Origin: Octopus sinensis
Lineage: Eukaryota
Length of the DNA: 64,000 nucleotides
Reading direction: 5' to 3'
Assembly: GCF_006345805.1 (NCBI RefSeq)
Contig: NC_043006.1
Location: forward strand, 85,994,001-86,058,000
Part shown: piece by piece, positions 1-13,445 of the stretch
How positions within the stretch are numbered: position 1 is the stretch's first letter
How the letters are laid out: the number at the start of each line of letters is the position of its first letter
Program-made: the position numbers and the translations under genes
Notes under the pieces: generated by a model
Seen by the model: only the letters and a program-made list of their open reading frames with translations
Database searches by the model: none
Told to the model about the DNA's origin: nothing

Positions 1-300
1 TTCTGGGTTCAGTCCCACTGCATGGCACCTTGGGCAAGTGTCTTCTACTATAGCTATAGTAGAGCCATGTGAGTGGATTAGGTAGATGGAAATTGAAAGA
101 AGTCCATCATATGTGTGTGTATCAGTGAGTGACCCCCCACGACTGTTTGACAACCAATGCTGGTGTGTTTATGTCCCTGCAACATAGTGATTTGGCAAAG
201 AGACTGATAGAATAAGTAGCAGGATTAAAGAAAAAGAAAATAAATACTGGGGTCAATTCATTTGACTAAAAATTCTTCAAGGCAATGCCTCAGCATGATA
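1..300 (+). mobile_element. tRNA-derived SINE family A, 5'-clipped by window edge
   Basis: B-box GGGTTCAGTCCC, body GGCACCTTGGGCAAGTGTCTTCTACTATAG, (TG)n and tail homologous to the full copies at 7354 and 47476. Confidence 0.85.
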
Positions 301-359
301 AGAGAAAAAAAAAATACATAAGTGAATGGGTGGAAAATAAAATGGTAATTTTGAAAGAA

Positions 360-463
360 GTATGTGTAAGACTAGTTTTTAAACATCAAATAACAACGAG
401 GGTCCACCAAAATAAAATAGTAATCAAAGGGGTCCATAGATAAAAAATGGTTGAGAGCCCCTG
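360..463 (-). mobile_element. hAT-like MITE terminal fragment
   Basis: GGGGTCCATAGATAAAAAATGGTTGAGAGCCCCTG is the reverse complement of the left end of the MITE at 17360. Confidence 0.6.
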
Positions 464-600
464 CTTTAGTAGACCTGCAAAGATTAACCTACTCAAGGTG
501 AGTAGAAAAGAGGCTCCATGGGCACACTGTGGCACAAGGGACATTCTGAATGGCACACCAATGAAAAATTACCTTGAATTTATTTACTAATGCATCCCAC

Positions 601-680
601 CTGACGATGAGACATGTCTTGTGCCACCTGCTTCTTGAAAAAGATTTCCCATAACTGCTTTATATGGTGGCTTGATCCTG
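601..680 (-). CDS. Putative exon of an unidentified minus-strand gene
   Basis: Minus strand: ctatctccag|CAG (NAGNAG) acceptor and CAG|gtggga donor in non-repeat sequence. Two frames are open (RIKPPYKAVMGNLFQEAGGTRHVSSS or GSSHHIKQLWEIFFKKQVAQDMSHRQ). No homology recognised and the donor is weak. Confidence 0.3.
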
Positions 681-707
681 CTGGAGATAGCAGTAAATTA
701 TTGTTTG

Positions 708-1200
708 TATGTGTGAGTGTATGTATGTATGTATGTATGTATGTATGTATGTATGTATGTATGTATGCATGTATGCATGTATGCATGATGTATGTATGTG
801 TGTGTGTGTGTATGTATGTATGTGTGTGTGTATGTATGTGTGTGTGTATGTATGTATGTATGTGTGTGTATGTATGTATGTATGTGTGTGTATATATGTA
901 TGTATGTATGTGTGTGTGTATATATGTATGTATGTATGTATGTGTGTGTATGTATGTATGTATGTATGTGTGTATGTATGTATGTATGTATGTGTGTGTG
1001 TTTGTATATGTGTATGTATGTGTGTTTGTATGTGTGTATGTATGTGTGTTTGTATGTGTGTCAGTGCAAGTATGCAAGTGAATGTTTGTGCATGTTGTGT
1101 ATAGATATGCATGTATATATGTATGTATATTTGTATGTGCATATGTATCTATATATGTATGTGTGTATATTATGTATGTATGTATGTATGTATATACGTA
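708..1200. repeat. Compound (TATG)n/(TG)n microsatellite
   Basis: Directly visible; source of the spurious His/Thr/Tyr and Val/Cys/Met ORFs. Confidence 0.95.
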
Positions 1201-1287
1201 TATTAACTGAAGTACAGTTGAAATATAGGCACAAAATTCATGCAAGATAAAAAAAAAACTACCATTTTAAATTAAAATCTAATCTAC

Positions 1288-1625
1288 AGTCATCAGGAGT
1301 GTCATGGAGACATCATCATTGCCATCATCAGAGCTGTCGTTGCCATTGTTGCTCTTATCATCATCACTGCCATCATCATCATTGCTGTCATCATTGTAGT
1401 TGTCATCATCATCATCATCAACACCATCATTGTTGTCATCATCATCATTGTCATCATCAGAATTGTAGTTGTTGTCATCATCATTGTCATTATCATCATC
1501 ATCATCATCGTCGCCATCGGCATCGTCGTCATCGTCATCGTCATCGTCATCATCATCATCATCAATATCATGGAAATAATTATCACCACAATCATCATTC
1601 ATCACCTTAACTGTAATCATTGTTG
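1288..1625. repeat. Degenerate (ATC)n/(GTC)n trinucleotide repeat
   Basis: Directly visible; yields poly-D, poly-H and poly-M ORFs. Confidence 0.95.
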
Positions 1626-2274
1626 CCACTAGCATAAATGTTACAATGTAAAAAAGAAAAGAGAGTAAGAGGGAGTAATAGAGAAAGGGAGAGGGGGAGA
1701 GAAAGAGAGAGAAAGAGAAAAAGACAGAGAGAGAAAGTGCAACTTCAATATTTTCTCCCCACCCCCTTTTGCCTTAGCACTTCATAAGTTTGTAATTTTA
1801 TAACATTTCGTGAACTTCCTGTCAAAAATATGCTGATAACCAGGTCAGGAAATTTAATGACTTTATGTCAGTATGATTTGGCACCAGTATATCTGCCCTA
1901 TTGTTTTATGGTAGCACCAGCTGGACACAAAGAATCAATTTACAAAACTTAGAGCTAATTGCTTATTAAGGCAAATGTTGAAATACAGCACCATCTTAAA
2001 TATAAATTTGCTTTGTGTATGGATGTGTAGATACTGGCATGTCTGAGTGGTTCACCAGCTTGACTTGGAACTGTGAGATTCTGGGTCCAACCCCATGCCT
2101 TGATGTGTGTGTGTGTGTGTGTGCGCGTGCCTGTGTATGAGCATGTGTATGTGTGGGTTTATCTTTCTATTGTCTTGATATTTGCTTATTGTCACGGGTT
2201 GCTTATTGTCATGGTACAGAGCATATACCTGCAGTTTGAGAAGTACAGGAGATTGATTCTCTGAAGCACCTACT

Positions 2275-2485
2275 GGCAGCGAGCTTGCAAAATTGTTTGC
2301 AGACTGGACAAATTGTTAGTGGTATTTTATCTGTCTTTATGGTCTGATTTCAAATTCCTTGAAAGTCAACTTTTCCTTTCATCCTTTCAAGGTTAGTAAA
2401 ATAAGTACTAGTTGAACACTGGGGTTGATGTAATCAACTTATCCCCTCCCCAAAACTGCTGGCCTTGTACCAAAATTTGAAACAA
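2275..2485 (+). mobile_element. SINE family D (GGCAGCGAGCTGGCAGAA head)
   Basis: Homologous copies at about 44757-44965, 52438-52630, 52665-52800 (+) and 53010-53200 (-); B-box-like GAGTTCAAAT in the other copies. Confidence 0.75.
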
Positions 2486-3374
2486 GTATTATTTGATTCT
2501 ATAGTAATAAATGCGAAATTCTGTCTGTCTGTCCATCTGAGACACTTGTATCTCAGTCTGCATCAGTTCTATATAGACATTATATCTTTTTGGAATCAGG
2601 ATGTACCCGGGATTGAAAATCTGTCCTTTATTTGGTTCTTGAACATCCGGCATTGAGATCAGGTCTGAATGAGGATTTGTTATATACTAACAGTTGAAAA
2701 TTCAAATTTTAAAAGAACTCTGGAAATTTGTGAACTTAAAGTTTTTCCTTTAAACTGAATTTAAAGTCACACCATATTGGTAGGGTAATACCATATCGGT
2801 AGGGTACCAATAAATGCTTTATTATTATTGCTTTCTTTAGTTTTGATCCGCAGGAGCTAGCCTAAATGTCTTCACTGGGCACAGCTTTTAAGCTAGTGCT
2901 GCATAAAAGCAATAATCAATACCACAGTCTGTCAATAATATTCCAAAAGACCTTAAAGGAGAAAAAGACCCCATAACATTGAAATTGTACCTGGAAAATT
3001 TCTCCAAGAAATACTAGACTAACCATCAATTCAGTAAACAACAACTTTCAACTTAAATAGGTTATGATGTCCTAAGACATGACTTAAAAGACAACCCCAT
3101 GTGATGCTATTAGGTTAGACTTGGCCTGGGCCAATAATGTCCAAAACATAAGTTAATAGTGTCTTTGCAAAAACATATCTAGTCTTTGAGCTGCTTGTTG
3201 TTTGTAAAACTAAAGGAAATGCTACTTTTCTTGGTAGGATTGGGAACAGGGAGAGCATCTGGCCATAGAAAAACTGTTTTATTAAGTTTCATTTGATCCA
3301 TTCAAGTAGATGACAATGTCAATGATGGTGGTGGTTGTGGTAGTGATGGTGATGCTGCTGCTGCTGTTGCTGTT

Positions 3375-3717
3375 GAGCGAACGGTCTTCGTCCCAGAGCT
3401 CACAAGATGGGAGAAGTCTGAAACGTGGTCCTTGGCTATTCGTAAGACCCGCAGAAGAAAAAGCAGGTCAACTCCCGACACTGAGAGCATCGATGGATGG
3501 ATGAATGCGCATCCAGGCTCAGCGGTTGCGTAGGAAGTCGGGGACAAGAAACAGGAAGAAAGAGTGAGAGAAAGTTGGAGCGAAAGAGTACAACAGGGGT
3601 CGTGGAGCTTTAGGTGGTTTTGTTCAATAAACACACACAATGCCCGATCTGGGAATCGAAACCGCGATCCTCTGACCGTGAGTCCGCTGCCCTAACCACT
3701 GGGCCATTGCGCCTCCA
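3375..3717 (-). mobile_element. tRNA-derived SINE family C, tail type 1
   Basis: Minus-strand head GGAGGCGCAATGGCCCAGTGGTTAGGG...GTTTCGATTCCC (A and B boxes) shared with 11091 and 58478. Confidence 0.85.
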
Positions 3718-4076
3718 TGCTGCTGCTGCTGATAATGATGGTTGTAGTTATTGTTGTTGTGGTGGTGCTGCTGCTGCAGCTGATGATGATGATGATTTAA
3801 TTTTACCTTAGGGTTGACACCTGTAGATGATTAAGCTGTGTATCAGCTATATTAATCTCTCCCCATCCTGTTTATGATGACACTTTTTCTTTTATGGAAT
3901 TACATTAGTTTGTGATTCTGGCTGAGAAAATCTGAAGGCTATGGTTCAACTGTCAGCTGGTGTTTCACTATAACTCTTTAAAATGAAGGGAGAAAACCCT
4001 TCTTCATTTATTTCTATTTTGTGCTGGAATTATTATAGTACTGGGTTTTTGACTTAGATAATTTTCAACAGGATGT

Positions 4077-4640
4077 TAACCCTTTATTTGCAATATTTCA
4101 GTTGAAATACACTTTCTTTCAAATAATTTTGAAAATAATGAAGAATTTAGTAAAATACTTTTGTCCTGATTAAGCTTGTGCTTGGAACATGAATTAACAT
4201 GAAATTTTGATGAAACATTTTAATTTAGAACACTTTAAAACAAGAACTGGTATCATAGAGTCAAGGGTGGTCTCAGGCAGGTTGGTATTCAAAAGTTATG
4301 GGTTAATGCACTAGACAGTCATTTACAATCTCTCTTCCCTGTGAGTAGAAAAAGAGGGACCAGCTGCCAAGAATGTATTATTAATGCAAATCAGGTTATC
4401 TGATTTAATGAAGCTCTTAACCGTTTGACACTAACCCACTTAAGACCACCCTGGGTTCTATAATGCAAAATTTCTCACTTAAAGTGATCAAAATTAAAAC
4501 CTGCCACAATTTCATGTTAGTTTATGTTTCAATACCAACTTAACAACAAAGTTATTTTATTAAATTATTTGTGATTTTCAAAATTAATTCAAATAACGGT
4601 AGTGTATTTTAGCAGAGATAGGGTAACAAAGAAGAGCAAA
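4077..4640. mobile_element. Two inverted copies of a piggyBac-like MITE
   Basis: TTAA|CCCTT...GGG|TTAA ends on the first copy (4077-4305); 4200-4290 is reverse-complementary to about 4430-4530. Confidence 0.4.
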
Positions 4641-5482
4641 TAATGATTTCCAACATTGGAACAGAGCTAAATATTTGAGGGGAGAAGAACATTTGATCAA
4701 TTGGCATTTTATTTTATCAACCCTTAAGGTATAGAAAGCAAAGACCTTGGTGAGATTTGATTGCAAATAACAGAATCTTCAAACTATTGAATTAGTTCTT
4801 GAAAGTATCTGAGAGAGCCTAAGAAAAGTTTGTACAAGATAGTGTTAACTTGCATAAGATACAGTTTGGATTTATGTCAGAATATGGAACTATAGATACT
4901 ATAATAAGTTCTCGACAGAGAACAAATCATTTTACTGTGTCTTCATTGATCTAGACCCTTGAAATCAGTGAGAATCAATGCTACTTAAGGGTATTAAAAA
5001 TATAAGTTTAGTTTAACAGCTTGCAATAGCAATAGAAACTATGTTTTTAAGCACAGTAAGCAAGATAAGGTTTAGCAATAAATTCAATGATAAATTTTCT
5101 ATACAGGCTTCCCAGCCATGTGGTCTTGGGTTCAGTTCCACTGCACAGCACTTTAGGCAAGTGTCTAAACTCAATCTGACCAAAGCCTTGTGAGGGGTTT
5201 TGGTAGTCCATTATATAGGTGCATGTGTGTGTGTGCTGTGTGTGTATGTATGTGTGTGCTTATATGTACGTCATTGTTCAGTTTTATTTCAAGATTTCTT
5301 GCCAATTGAGAAAGAGTCAGTTTCTAGCTTAGACCCAAGGCTCCTTCACTGGAATTTCAACATCAACAACAGGTTATGTATGTATGTATGTATATGTGCA
5401 GATTTGTATGTTTTGTTTTATGTATGTATTCTCATGCATAGAGTTGTATATCTAGACATGCTCATATATAATTAGATATAAT

Positions 5483-6180
5483 TAAATGCTAAACTTCTGA
5501 ACGGTTTTACAGATTTTTAGAGTTCCAGTAATGGATTGGATCTGTAGCCTTCAAATTAGCTTTCTCCTTTCTGGTTTTGAGAAGCCTAATTTCTCAAGAT
5601 TGATATTTAGGCAGTGTGTTACACATCCTAGAGCCCCAATAATTACAGGTGTAAACCTGAACTTGTAATCTGGATAGAGTAACTGCAGATTTCGCAATAG
5701 TTCAGCACAGGTGTTCTTTTTTTCACTGATCTTCAGCTTCATGTTAACATCCGCTGGGCAGCTAATTTCCACAACTGTGCACAGTTTCCCTTCTTTAACC
5801 CAAAGCATTATATCAGTTCTGTTGTGCTTACATTTTATTGAGGTCTTCACTGGGATATTACACCAGTACTGCTTTTTATTATGAGTGGCTATGGCTTCTA
5901 CCATACTGTTTTTATTTCTTTGTTCTTGGGATTATCCTTTTGACAGATTTCATTATAGAGTATCCTAGCTACAACATCATGTCTCATCAGTAGACAATGT
6001 CATGACATTTTCAGACAACTGCTTATGATGTGGGTGATACCTTCGGTGTAAACTCCACAAAGTCTGCTACAGTTGTCACATTTTACTGCTTTTCCTGCAT
6101 CTCTATCCGTTTTGTGCATGAGATACTTGGTTGATATTTCCTGTTCCTGGATTGCAAACGCATATGGCAGTAATCCGGTT
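5483..6180 (-). mobile_element. 3' fragment of R4/Dong-like (RLE-type) non-LTR retrotransposon, degenerate
   Basis: Translates AIQEQEISTKYL..., a zinc-knuckle region (RLC...HIISSC), RHDVVAR, then HNRTDIMLW...VEISCPADVN...PVIIGALG (restriction-like endonuclease); contains stops and frameshifts. Confidence 0.85.
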
Positions 6181-6214
6181 ATATGTATTTATGTATGTAT
6201 GTATGTATGCGCAT

Positions 6215-6577
6215 ATGTATGTATATCGTTACCAGCGTCACCTTACTGACACTCGTACCCATGTTAGGAAGGTGCCAAGAGCATCATTTGAGCGTGATCG
6301 TTACCAACGTCGCCTTACTGGCACCTGTACCGGTGGCATGTGTAAAAAGATTCGAGCAAGGTCATTGCCAGTACCGCCTGACTGGCCCCCATGCCGGTGG
6401 CACGTAAAAAGCACCCAATACACTCTCGTAGTGGTTGGCGTTAGGAAGGGCATCCAGCTGTAGAAAGATTGGAGCCTGGTGCAGCCATCTGGTTCGCCAG
6501 CCCTCAGTCAAATCATCCAACTCATGCTAGCATGGAAAGCGGACATTAAACGATGATGATGATGATGATGATGATGA
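6215..6577 (+). mobile_element. Isolated 3' UTR/tail of the RTE-PHD LINE
   Basis: GTGGCACGTAAAAAGCACC repeat, GGTTGGCGTTAGGAAGGGCATCCAGC and (GAT)n tail match the end of 19789-22523; many further short tails across the window. Confidence 0.85.
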
Positions 6578-7229
6578 TATATATATGTTAAGATTTTGCT
6601 TACACATAGTGATATTAACTTGTTAGAACTCTATATGCATATGCTTCAGAATAAAGCATTGAGCTTATTTTAAAGGCTCTGAGAAAGTTCTAAGGCGATG
6701 CACAAGCACTCATCTCTGGGTGCTCTACATCTTATAGTAGAAATAGCTGTAAACTAATAAAGTTGATTACATAATTCCTGTTCCGTTGTCAGTTTTAACT
6801 TTCATGTATGTGTGTGTGTGTTCGTGTGCACATGTTTCAACCCTTGTCTCGACACCATGTGATGGATGTAAACAAGCATCACTGTTATACAAACAATGTG
6901 GTTTGTTTCCAGTTTTTTGTCTTCTGATATGAGAAACATGTCTAACCAAGGGGAAATCTTACCTTGCTTAAAAACAGGTGAGGGTTGACAACAGGAAGGG
7001 CATCTAGCTATAGAAAATTTGCTTAGATGAATTCTGTTTGACCCATGCAAGCATGGAAAAGTAGACATTAAATGACGGCAATGATGATAATGACAGTGAG
7101 GACAACAATATATACATGACAGGCTTTCATTGATTCAGAGCTGTAGTAGAAAACACTTGCCCAAGATTGCAAAGCAGAGGTCTTAACCACACAGCTATAC
7201 CAACAGCTGTCTGTCTGTCTATCTATTTA

Positions 7230-7329
<100 letters not shown>

Positions 7330-7353
7330 TGTATAAATAAAATATCATATATA

Positions 7354-7523
7354 GGCGTAGGAGTGGTTGTGTGGTAAGTAGCTTGTTTACCAACCACATG
7401 GTTTCGGGTTCAGTCCCACTGTGTGGCACCTGGGCAAGTGTCTTCTACGATAGCCTTGGGTCGACCAAAGCCTTGTGAGTGGATTTGGTAGATGGAAACT
7501 GAAAGAAGCCTGTCGTATATATG

Positions 7524-7579
<56 letters not shown>

Positions 7580-7796
7580 ATATGTTTGTGTGTCTGTGTT
7601 TGTCCCCCACCATTGCTTGACAACTGATGCTGGTGTGTTTACGTCTCCGTAAACTTAGCGGTTTGGCAAGAGAGACTGATAGAATAAGTACTAGGCTTAC
7701 AAAGAATAAGTCCTGGGGTTGATTTGCTCGACTAAAGGCGGTGCTCCAGCATGGCCACAGTCAAATGACTGAAACAAGTAAAAGAGTAAAAGAGTA
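7354..7796 (+). mobile_element. Full-length tRNA-derived SINE family A with CR1-type tail
   Basis: A-box TGGTTGTGTGG, B-box GGTTCAGTCCC, internal (TA)n(TG)n, 3' end GGCGGTGCTCCAGCATGGCCACAGTCAAATGACTGAAAC. Confidence 0.9.
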
Positions 7797-8654
7797 TATA
7801 TTTAGAGAGAGAGAGAGAGACACACACACACATCTACACACACAATATACAATATATTCCTGTGTTTAAAACACAGCAGTTTTGCTGCAAAGTCAGCTTG
7901 TCAGCAAAGATACACCGACAAATAATTATCAGTGTGAGACTGTTAAATCTCAACTAGTTTTTCTGCAGCCAATCTTCTGCTTTGCCAGATTTTGTCTCCA
8001 ACTAGTTAGCAAACAAACTGCAAACTACAACTGCTGGTATGAGTCTGACAACTTGTTTACAGATAATCTAATATATCTCAGTGACATTGTGGAATGGAAT
8101 ATCTGTGGCTGAGTAGTAAATTTACTATAGAACACACACACACACTCATACATGAGCACACATGCACGCTATTGTAAAATACAATATAAATAAAGGAATA
8201 CAACAGAGAATGTTCGTTTTTTATGGCCAATATATCTTCCTGTCTGTCTGATTAACTGTCTATGTGCCAGTCTGTTGGTCTATCTACATGCCTCTCAGTC
8301 TGTTAATCTATCTGCCTCACCCACTTCTTCCCTGTCTATCTGCCCATCTGTCTGTCTACACACCAGCCTGTCTATCTACCCGGCTGTCTCTGCCTTCTAT
8401 TCATCTCTGTTTATCTGCCAGTGTGTTTACCTGCCTGTCTGCTTGTCTGCCTGCCTGGCTGCTACCCTGTCTATCTGTTTGTCTACATATCTGTCTGTTT
8501 GTCTCTCTGTCTGACTATGTTTATTTATCTATTTACCTGTCATTCTAGCTGTCATATATTAGCCACCTGTTCATTGGAAGAGGACAGTCTATCAACAAAA
8601 AGAGATCATTTTTTTAAAAGCAAGTTTTCAATTAAGCAATTTAAAATAGTGTAA

Positions 8655-9270
8655 TCTATATATATAAAACTAAGAATGTGTGTCTGTCTGTCTGTGTGTA
8701 TGTGTGCATCACAAAAACTCGAGAACCATCCTACCGATTTCATTCAAACTTTACACATGCCTTACTTAGGGTTCATGGAGTGCCATGGGCCAAAAAAATT
8801 TTTCAACTTCTTGCCTAATGCAAGCCCAGAGCAATCTCTTAGACCGTTTCAGTATTATGTGTCAAAAGTGAAACAATAGCATCTCTAGTGTAATGTGATA
8901 GAATAGTTTCACTTTCAATTGTTTTACTGTTAATAGTTTCACTTTTAATACTTTCATTTCTATTAGTTTCACCTTGTATATATATATATATATATCTTTA
9001 ATTTTATTTGTTAGGGAATAAAAATTCCAGCATAACAGGGGTTCAAATCATTCTCAATGAGGAAATATATATTTTCATTTAGAGATAGTGGGCCCCTTCA
9101 TCCCACCATATAAAAGAATTTTAATTTAAATACTTACTACTTATATCTCGGCTACATGTGTTTCTTGAGGTTCATTTCCTGGTTCCTTGCTGGAACCTTT
9201 CTTAAAATATAACCCAAATCATCAGGCCTCTATATCACTTTATCATAGTTTGATACTAAAAACTATATTT
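8655..9270 (+). mobile_element. Non-autonomous Helitron 5' portion
   Basis: A|TCTATATATATAAAA...TGTCTGTCTG start like the complete Helitron at 27494; no 3' CTAG end found. Confidence 0.55.
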
Positions 9271-9284
9271 TAATTTTTTAAACA

Positions 9285-9321
<37 letters not shown>

Positions 9322-9727
9322 TAGGGAAGAGGATTTGAAAATGCAGAAGTCTTTTAAAGATATTTATTGACTTGACCAGTTTCACATCTTTTTAAAACAG
9401 ATTTTTCAAAAGTAAAGTGTAAGGCTTTGTGTAGACTTTGTGGCGTTAACATAGATGTATTAAAATACAGTGATAGAGTATTTGACAATGATAAGAAAAT
9501 GTTAAGAGAAGCTTTGTGTTTAAACAGTTTACATAAAAGTGTTCAAAATAGGCAATAAAATAAGTTCATAATTGTTTATTAGTTCATCAGAAATCATAAC
9601 TGTTTATACAGAAAGAATTCGTAGACAGTATTTGATAGGAGAAAGCATGTATTGCTTTGTCAAAAATTCATCAGAAATCATAAGTTTTTATAAGAATTTT
9701 TGGCGAATGACCAACCTTTTTTCTTTA

Positions 9728-9770
<43 letters not shown>

Positions 9771-10026
9771 CCCCAGCATGGCCACAGCTCGTGAGCTGAA
9801 TCTAGATGAAATAAAATTTTTTTAAAATATATAACTGATGAGTGGTTGGTGTTAGGAAAGGCATCCAGCCATAAAAACCCTGCCAAAACAAACACAGAAG
9901 CCTGGTGCAAGCTCCTGCCTCGCCAGCACCTGTCAAACCATCCAACCCAGCATGGAAGGTGGACATTAAATGATTATTATTGTCATTATTATTTTTATTA
10001 TTATTATTATTATTATTATGATTATG

Positions 10027-10059
<33 letters not shown>

Positions 10060-10064
10060 AACAA

Positions 10065-10625
10065 TCAGACCACATCTGATACCTCTTACTCCTCACTTTT
10101 CTCTCAAGATGCTTACACTTGGTCAAACATGCACACTGACATTGCACATCCAGCGATGCATACTGGCTTCATTTCTTTCCAGCCAACACATAACCTCAGC
10201 TGCTACAACCTATGTTTCACTGACATGTAGCATAGCTGTTCGCACACAGGCATCAAACAATCTGCCTTTCACTCTGAGAGAGAGGCTCTTTGTTGCCAGC
10301 AGGGGTAGGAGCTCTTCTGAACTTTGCCCATCCCAATCTTATTCTCACAGTTATGCTCTCAGAGCATCCACCTCCACTACTAACTTGGTGACCTAGATAA
10401 TAGAGGCTATCTACTATCTCCAGCTTGCCCCACTGGCAGTTGATGGAGTCTATTTTCTGTCCATTTACAGCATTTATTGTGCCTGTGCATCTTCCACATA
10501 CAAAAGCTATTTTCCCTGTTATCCTTCCGCCGATATTGTTGCACCTTGTATGTGTCCAAAGCCTACCCTGGGTGTATCTTATGGAGTTTCTACCTACACC
10601 TTTTCTACAGATTGAGCAAGGCCGT
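10065..10625 (-). mobile_element. Degenerate RTE-PHD LINE fragment
   Basis: Minus strand encodes PCSICRKGVGRNSIR...WTH.RC...FVCGRC and downstream RTE sequence homologous to 21178-21700. Confidence 0.85.
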
Positions 10626-10649
10626 GTGAGTATATATTCTTTGTAAGCT

Positions 10650-10960
10650 CAGTATTTATTCTATTTTCTCCTTTGCTGAACCGCTAAGTTATGGGGATGT
10701 AATCACACCAACATTGATTGTCAAGCGATGGAGTGGGGAGGACAAATACAGACACAATAACACACACACACACATAAATATATACATATATACATACATA
10801 TATATGATGGGCTTCTTTCAATTTCCATCTACCAAATCCACTCACAAGGTTTTGGTCTGCTCAAGGCTATAGTGGAAGACACTTACCCAAGGTGCCATGT
10901 AGAGAGACTGAACTCAGAACCATGTGACTAGAAAGTAAGCTTCTTACCACACAGGCATGC
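10650..10960 (-). mobile_element. SINE family A copy
   Basis: Reverse complement of family A head and tail. Confidence 0.8.
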
Positions 10961-11090
10961 CTATATATATTCTTTTATTTGTTTCAGTCATTTGTCTGCG
11001 GCCATCCTGGAGCACCACCTTATGATATATATTCAGCTTATGCAACAGAAGTAGCTCTATAATATAAATATTATTAATACCACATACAGT

Positions 11091-11395
11091 GGAGGCACAA
11101 TGGCCCAGTGGTTAGGGAAGCGGACTCGCGGTCAGAGGATCGCAGTTTCGATTCCCAGACTGGGCATTGTGTGTGTTTATTGAACAAAAACACCTAAAAG
11201 CTCCATGAGGCTCCGGCAGGGGGTGGTGGCGACTCCTGTTGTACTCTTTCGCCACCACTTTCTCTCACTCTCTCTTCCTGTTTCTTGAGACATGCTGCGA
11301 TGGACTGGCATCCCGTCCAGCTGGGGGGGAACACATACGCCATAGAAACCAGGAAACCAGGCCCATAAGCCTGGCTAGGCTTGAAAAGGGCGAAA
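11091..11395 (+). mobile_element. tRNA-derived SINE family C, tail type 2
   Basis: Same head and body as 3717; distinct 3' part GCGATGGACTGGCATCCCGTCCAG. Confidence 0.85.
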
Positions 11396-11759
11396 GGAAG
11401 AATACCACATACTACTTAAATATATATGTGTTGTTTAAATGCTAGAAGCTGTAGTTTTCCTTCTAGTGAAATCTCTTTAAAGATGTTTAGTGTTACAAAA
11501 CAATATATGTCAGAGCTATGTGAAACAAAATAGCCCCAGAAGTGATCATGAAAGCATCAGACATTGTATTTCACTGTAGCTGTGGATCATCAATACCACA
11601 TATTCACGTTACTTCTAAAACAAAATAGAAATCACAAGACTGAACTATTTACATATAGTGTTTAAACTATTTGCTGGTCTGCAATTATACTGCATCAGTA
11701 GAATAAATTGAGAATATGCAACAGAAGCAGTTCAATAATATAACACTATCAATATCACA

Positions 11760-12270
11760 TACCGTAAATTCTTGAGTATAGTCCACCCTTGAGTATAATA
11801 CGCAGGGGATTTTTAGGGGGCTGTACCTCTGAAAAACCTAAACCTTGTGTATAATACGCACCCCTTCTCTAACTTGAGTCAAGGAGGTCGATATAACATC
11901 GTTGGTTTGTAAAAATGTATACAGTAATGTCCTTTATTATTATTGTATATATAACATAATGCAAACGTGTAGCTTTTTTGTGCATTTTGTTTGTAGAAAA
12001 TAAAGAAATAACAGTAATAACGTTTAATAAATGTTGCTTATTGCAAGTTATGGATGATTCTTTTATGACTTCTGCTTTCAGGCTTAGCTTAAGGCATTTT
12101 CATGCCCGACATCACAAAATGTGTCTGAATAAACATTGCTGGACAGCAAATAGAGACTTGGACATTGCTTAGAAAATATTTTTCATTTTTAACCTCGTAT
12201 ACAGTATGCGCTAGGGATTTTGACCTTTAAATTTTGGGAAAAAAATGCAGATTATACTCGAGGATTTACT
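11760..12270. mobile_element. Non-autonomous Tc1/mariner (pogo-like) element
   Basis: Imperfect TIRs TACCGTAAATTCTTGAGTATA ... TATACTCGAGGATTTAC. Confidence 0.6.
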
Positions 12271-12289
12271 TAATGTATGTGTGTTGTTT

Positions 12290-13445
12290 AAACATCACAG
12301 AGAAGATCTTTTTAAAGACATGTAGTGTTAATAGAGATTGTATTTGTGATGCGTGTGTTAGTTGGTTGATTTATATTTCTGAAAATCCCAGCTTATCCAG
12401 ATTGTCACTTGGGCATTTACTCACAAAACCAAATGCACCAATTATTATTGGTATAAACGTGAATTTATAATCTGGACATAGGAGCTGAAGGTTTCGAAGT
12501 AGTTGTCTGTAGATATCCTTTTTCTCTTTGAAAGAGATATTCACATTAGCAGGGCAGCTGACCTCTATGAAGTTTGTATTTGGTAGAAGTTATGATGGGA
12601 ATGTTCCACTAATATTCTTTGTGTTGATGTTCTATATTTATCCCAGGACAGTCTTTATTAGGATGGCATTTTTGGGAAGCTGATGATCACTTGTAGGATG
12701 TCTTCCATGAAAGTGTGACATAATTGACATTTTTGATTGTATCAAGTGCTTCACTGTCTCTTTTATCTATTAGGTATTTTGTAGCAATCTTCTCTCCTTC
12801 AAAAGGTGATGTATTGAAGCTGTCGTGAGTCCAAGTGAAGCTGCATTTCATGTTGATGTTACCATAATCTTCAAGTCTTCAGGAAATTAGACTTTTTGTG
12901 GTATGCAGAGTGTTTCACAGTCAGGTCTTCTTTCAGGTATGTTAGTCCAGCTAACTTGGGATTGTTTAGGAGGTCATCAGAAATAGAGTGCTTCTTAAGG
13001 AGATTACTGCTGACATATAGGATGTTGCTAGTACCTGATAAACAAGAGAGACAAAGGTACCACCAAAACTCCACATTGTGATAAAAAAATAAATCAACTC
13101 TGTTATACCAGTGTCAATGCTGCTGTTACACTCTAGCTTACAGGATATGTACCCATGCATTGCTTTTTGTTGGTACGATGCTAGCTTGAGTATGCATGGA
13201 ATGTACTAATTTCTTTCTTTACTGTTGAGCAGGTGTTGTCTGAGTGATACAATGCGACATTCAAAGGCTGTTTGGACTGATCTTCTGCCTCTTCCGGCAT
13301 CGCTTCATCTCACATAGATCCTATCAGTGTTGCAATGTTGGTAATGTGGAAGTTGCCAGTGGTGATCAGTGTCTTTCTGATTTTGATGCCCTGACCGTGT
13401 ATCTCATCGAGTGTCCAATCCAGTATCCCAAATGTTGATACTAGC
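12290..13445 (-). mobile_element. Second R4/Dong-like (RLE-type) non-LTR fragment, degenerate
   Basis: Minus strand gives TFGILDWTLDEI...GNFH...DRIYV and FIEVSCPANVNISFKEKKDIYRQLLRNLQLLCPDYKFTFIPIIIGAFG, homologous to 5551-5904. Confidence 0.85.

Noticed and set aside
470-497. Plus-strand AG|GTGAGT donor with a tiny upstream exon
   Set aside because: Abuts a MITE end; no supporting exon chain.
580-1635. Long ORFs (221 aa, 155 aa, poly-D, poly-H)
   Set aside because: Translations of (TATG)n, (TG)n and (ATC)n microsatellites; the same applies to ORFs at about 14.7, 24.9, 26.6, 58.5 and 59.6 kb.
7740-7780. ...GACTGAAAC at SINE/LINE 3' ends as a hammerhead half
   Set aside because: No upstream CUGANGA core; explained as the LINE 3' recognition hairpin.
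11091-11165. tRNA-like sequences (also at 7354, 47476, 3717)
   Set aside because: A and B boxes are present but there is no complete cloverleaf, and they continue into SINE bodies; not tRNA genes.
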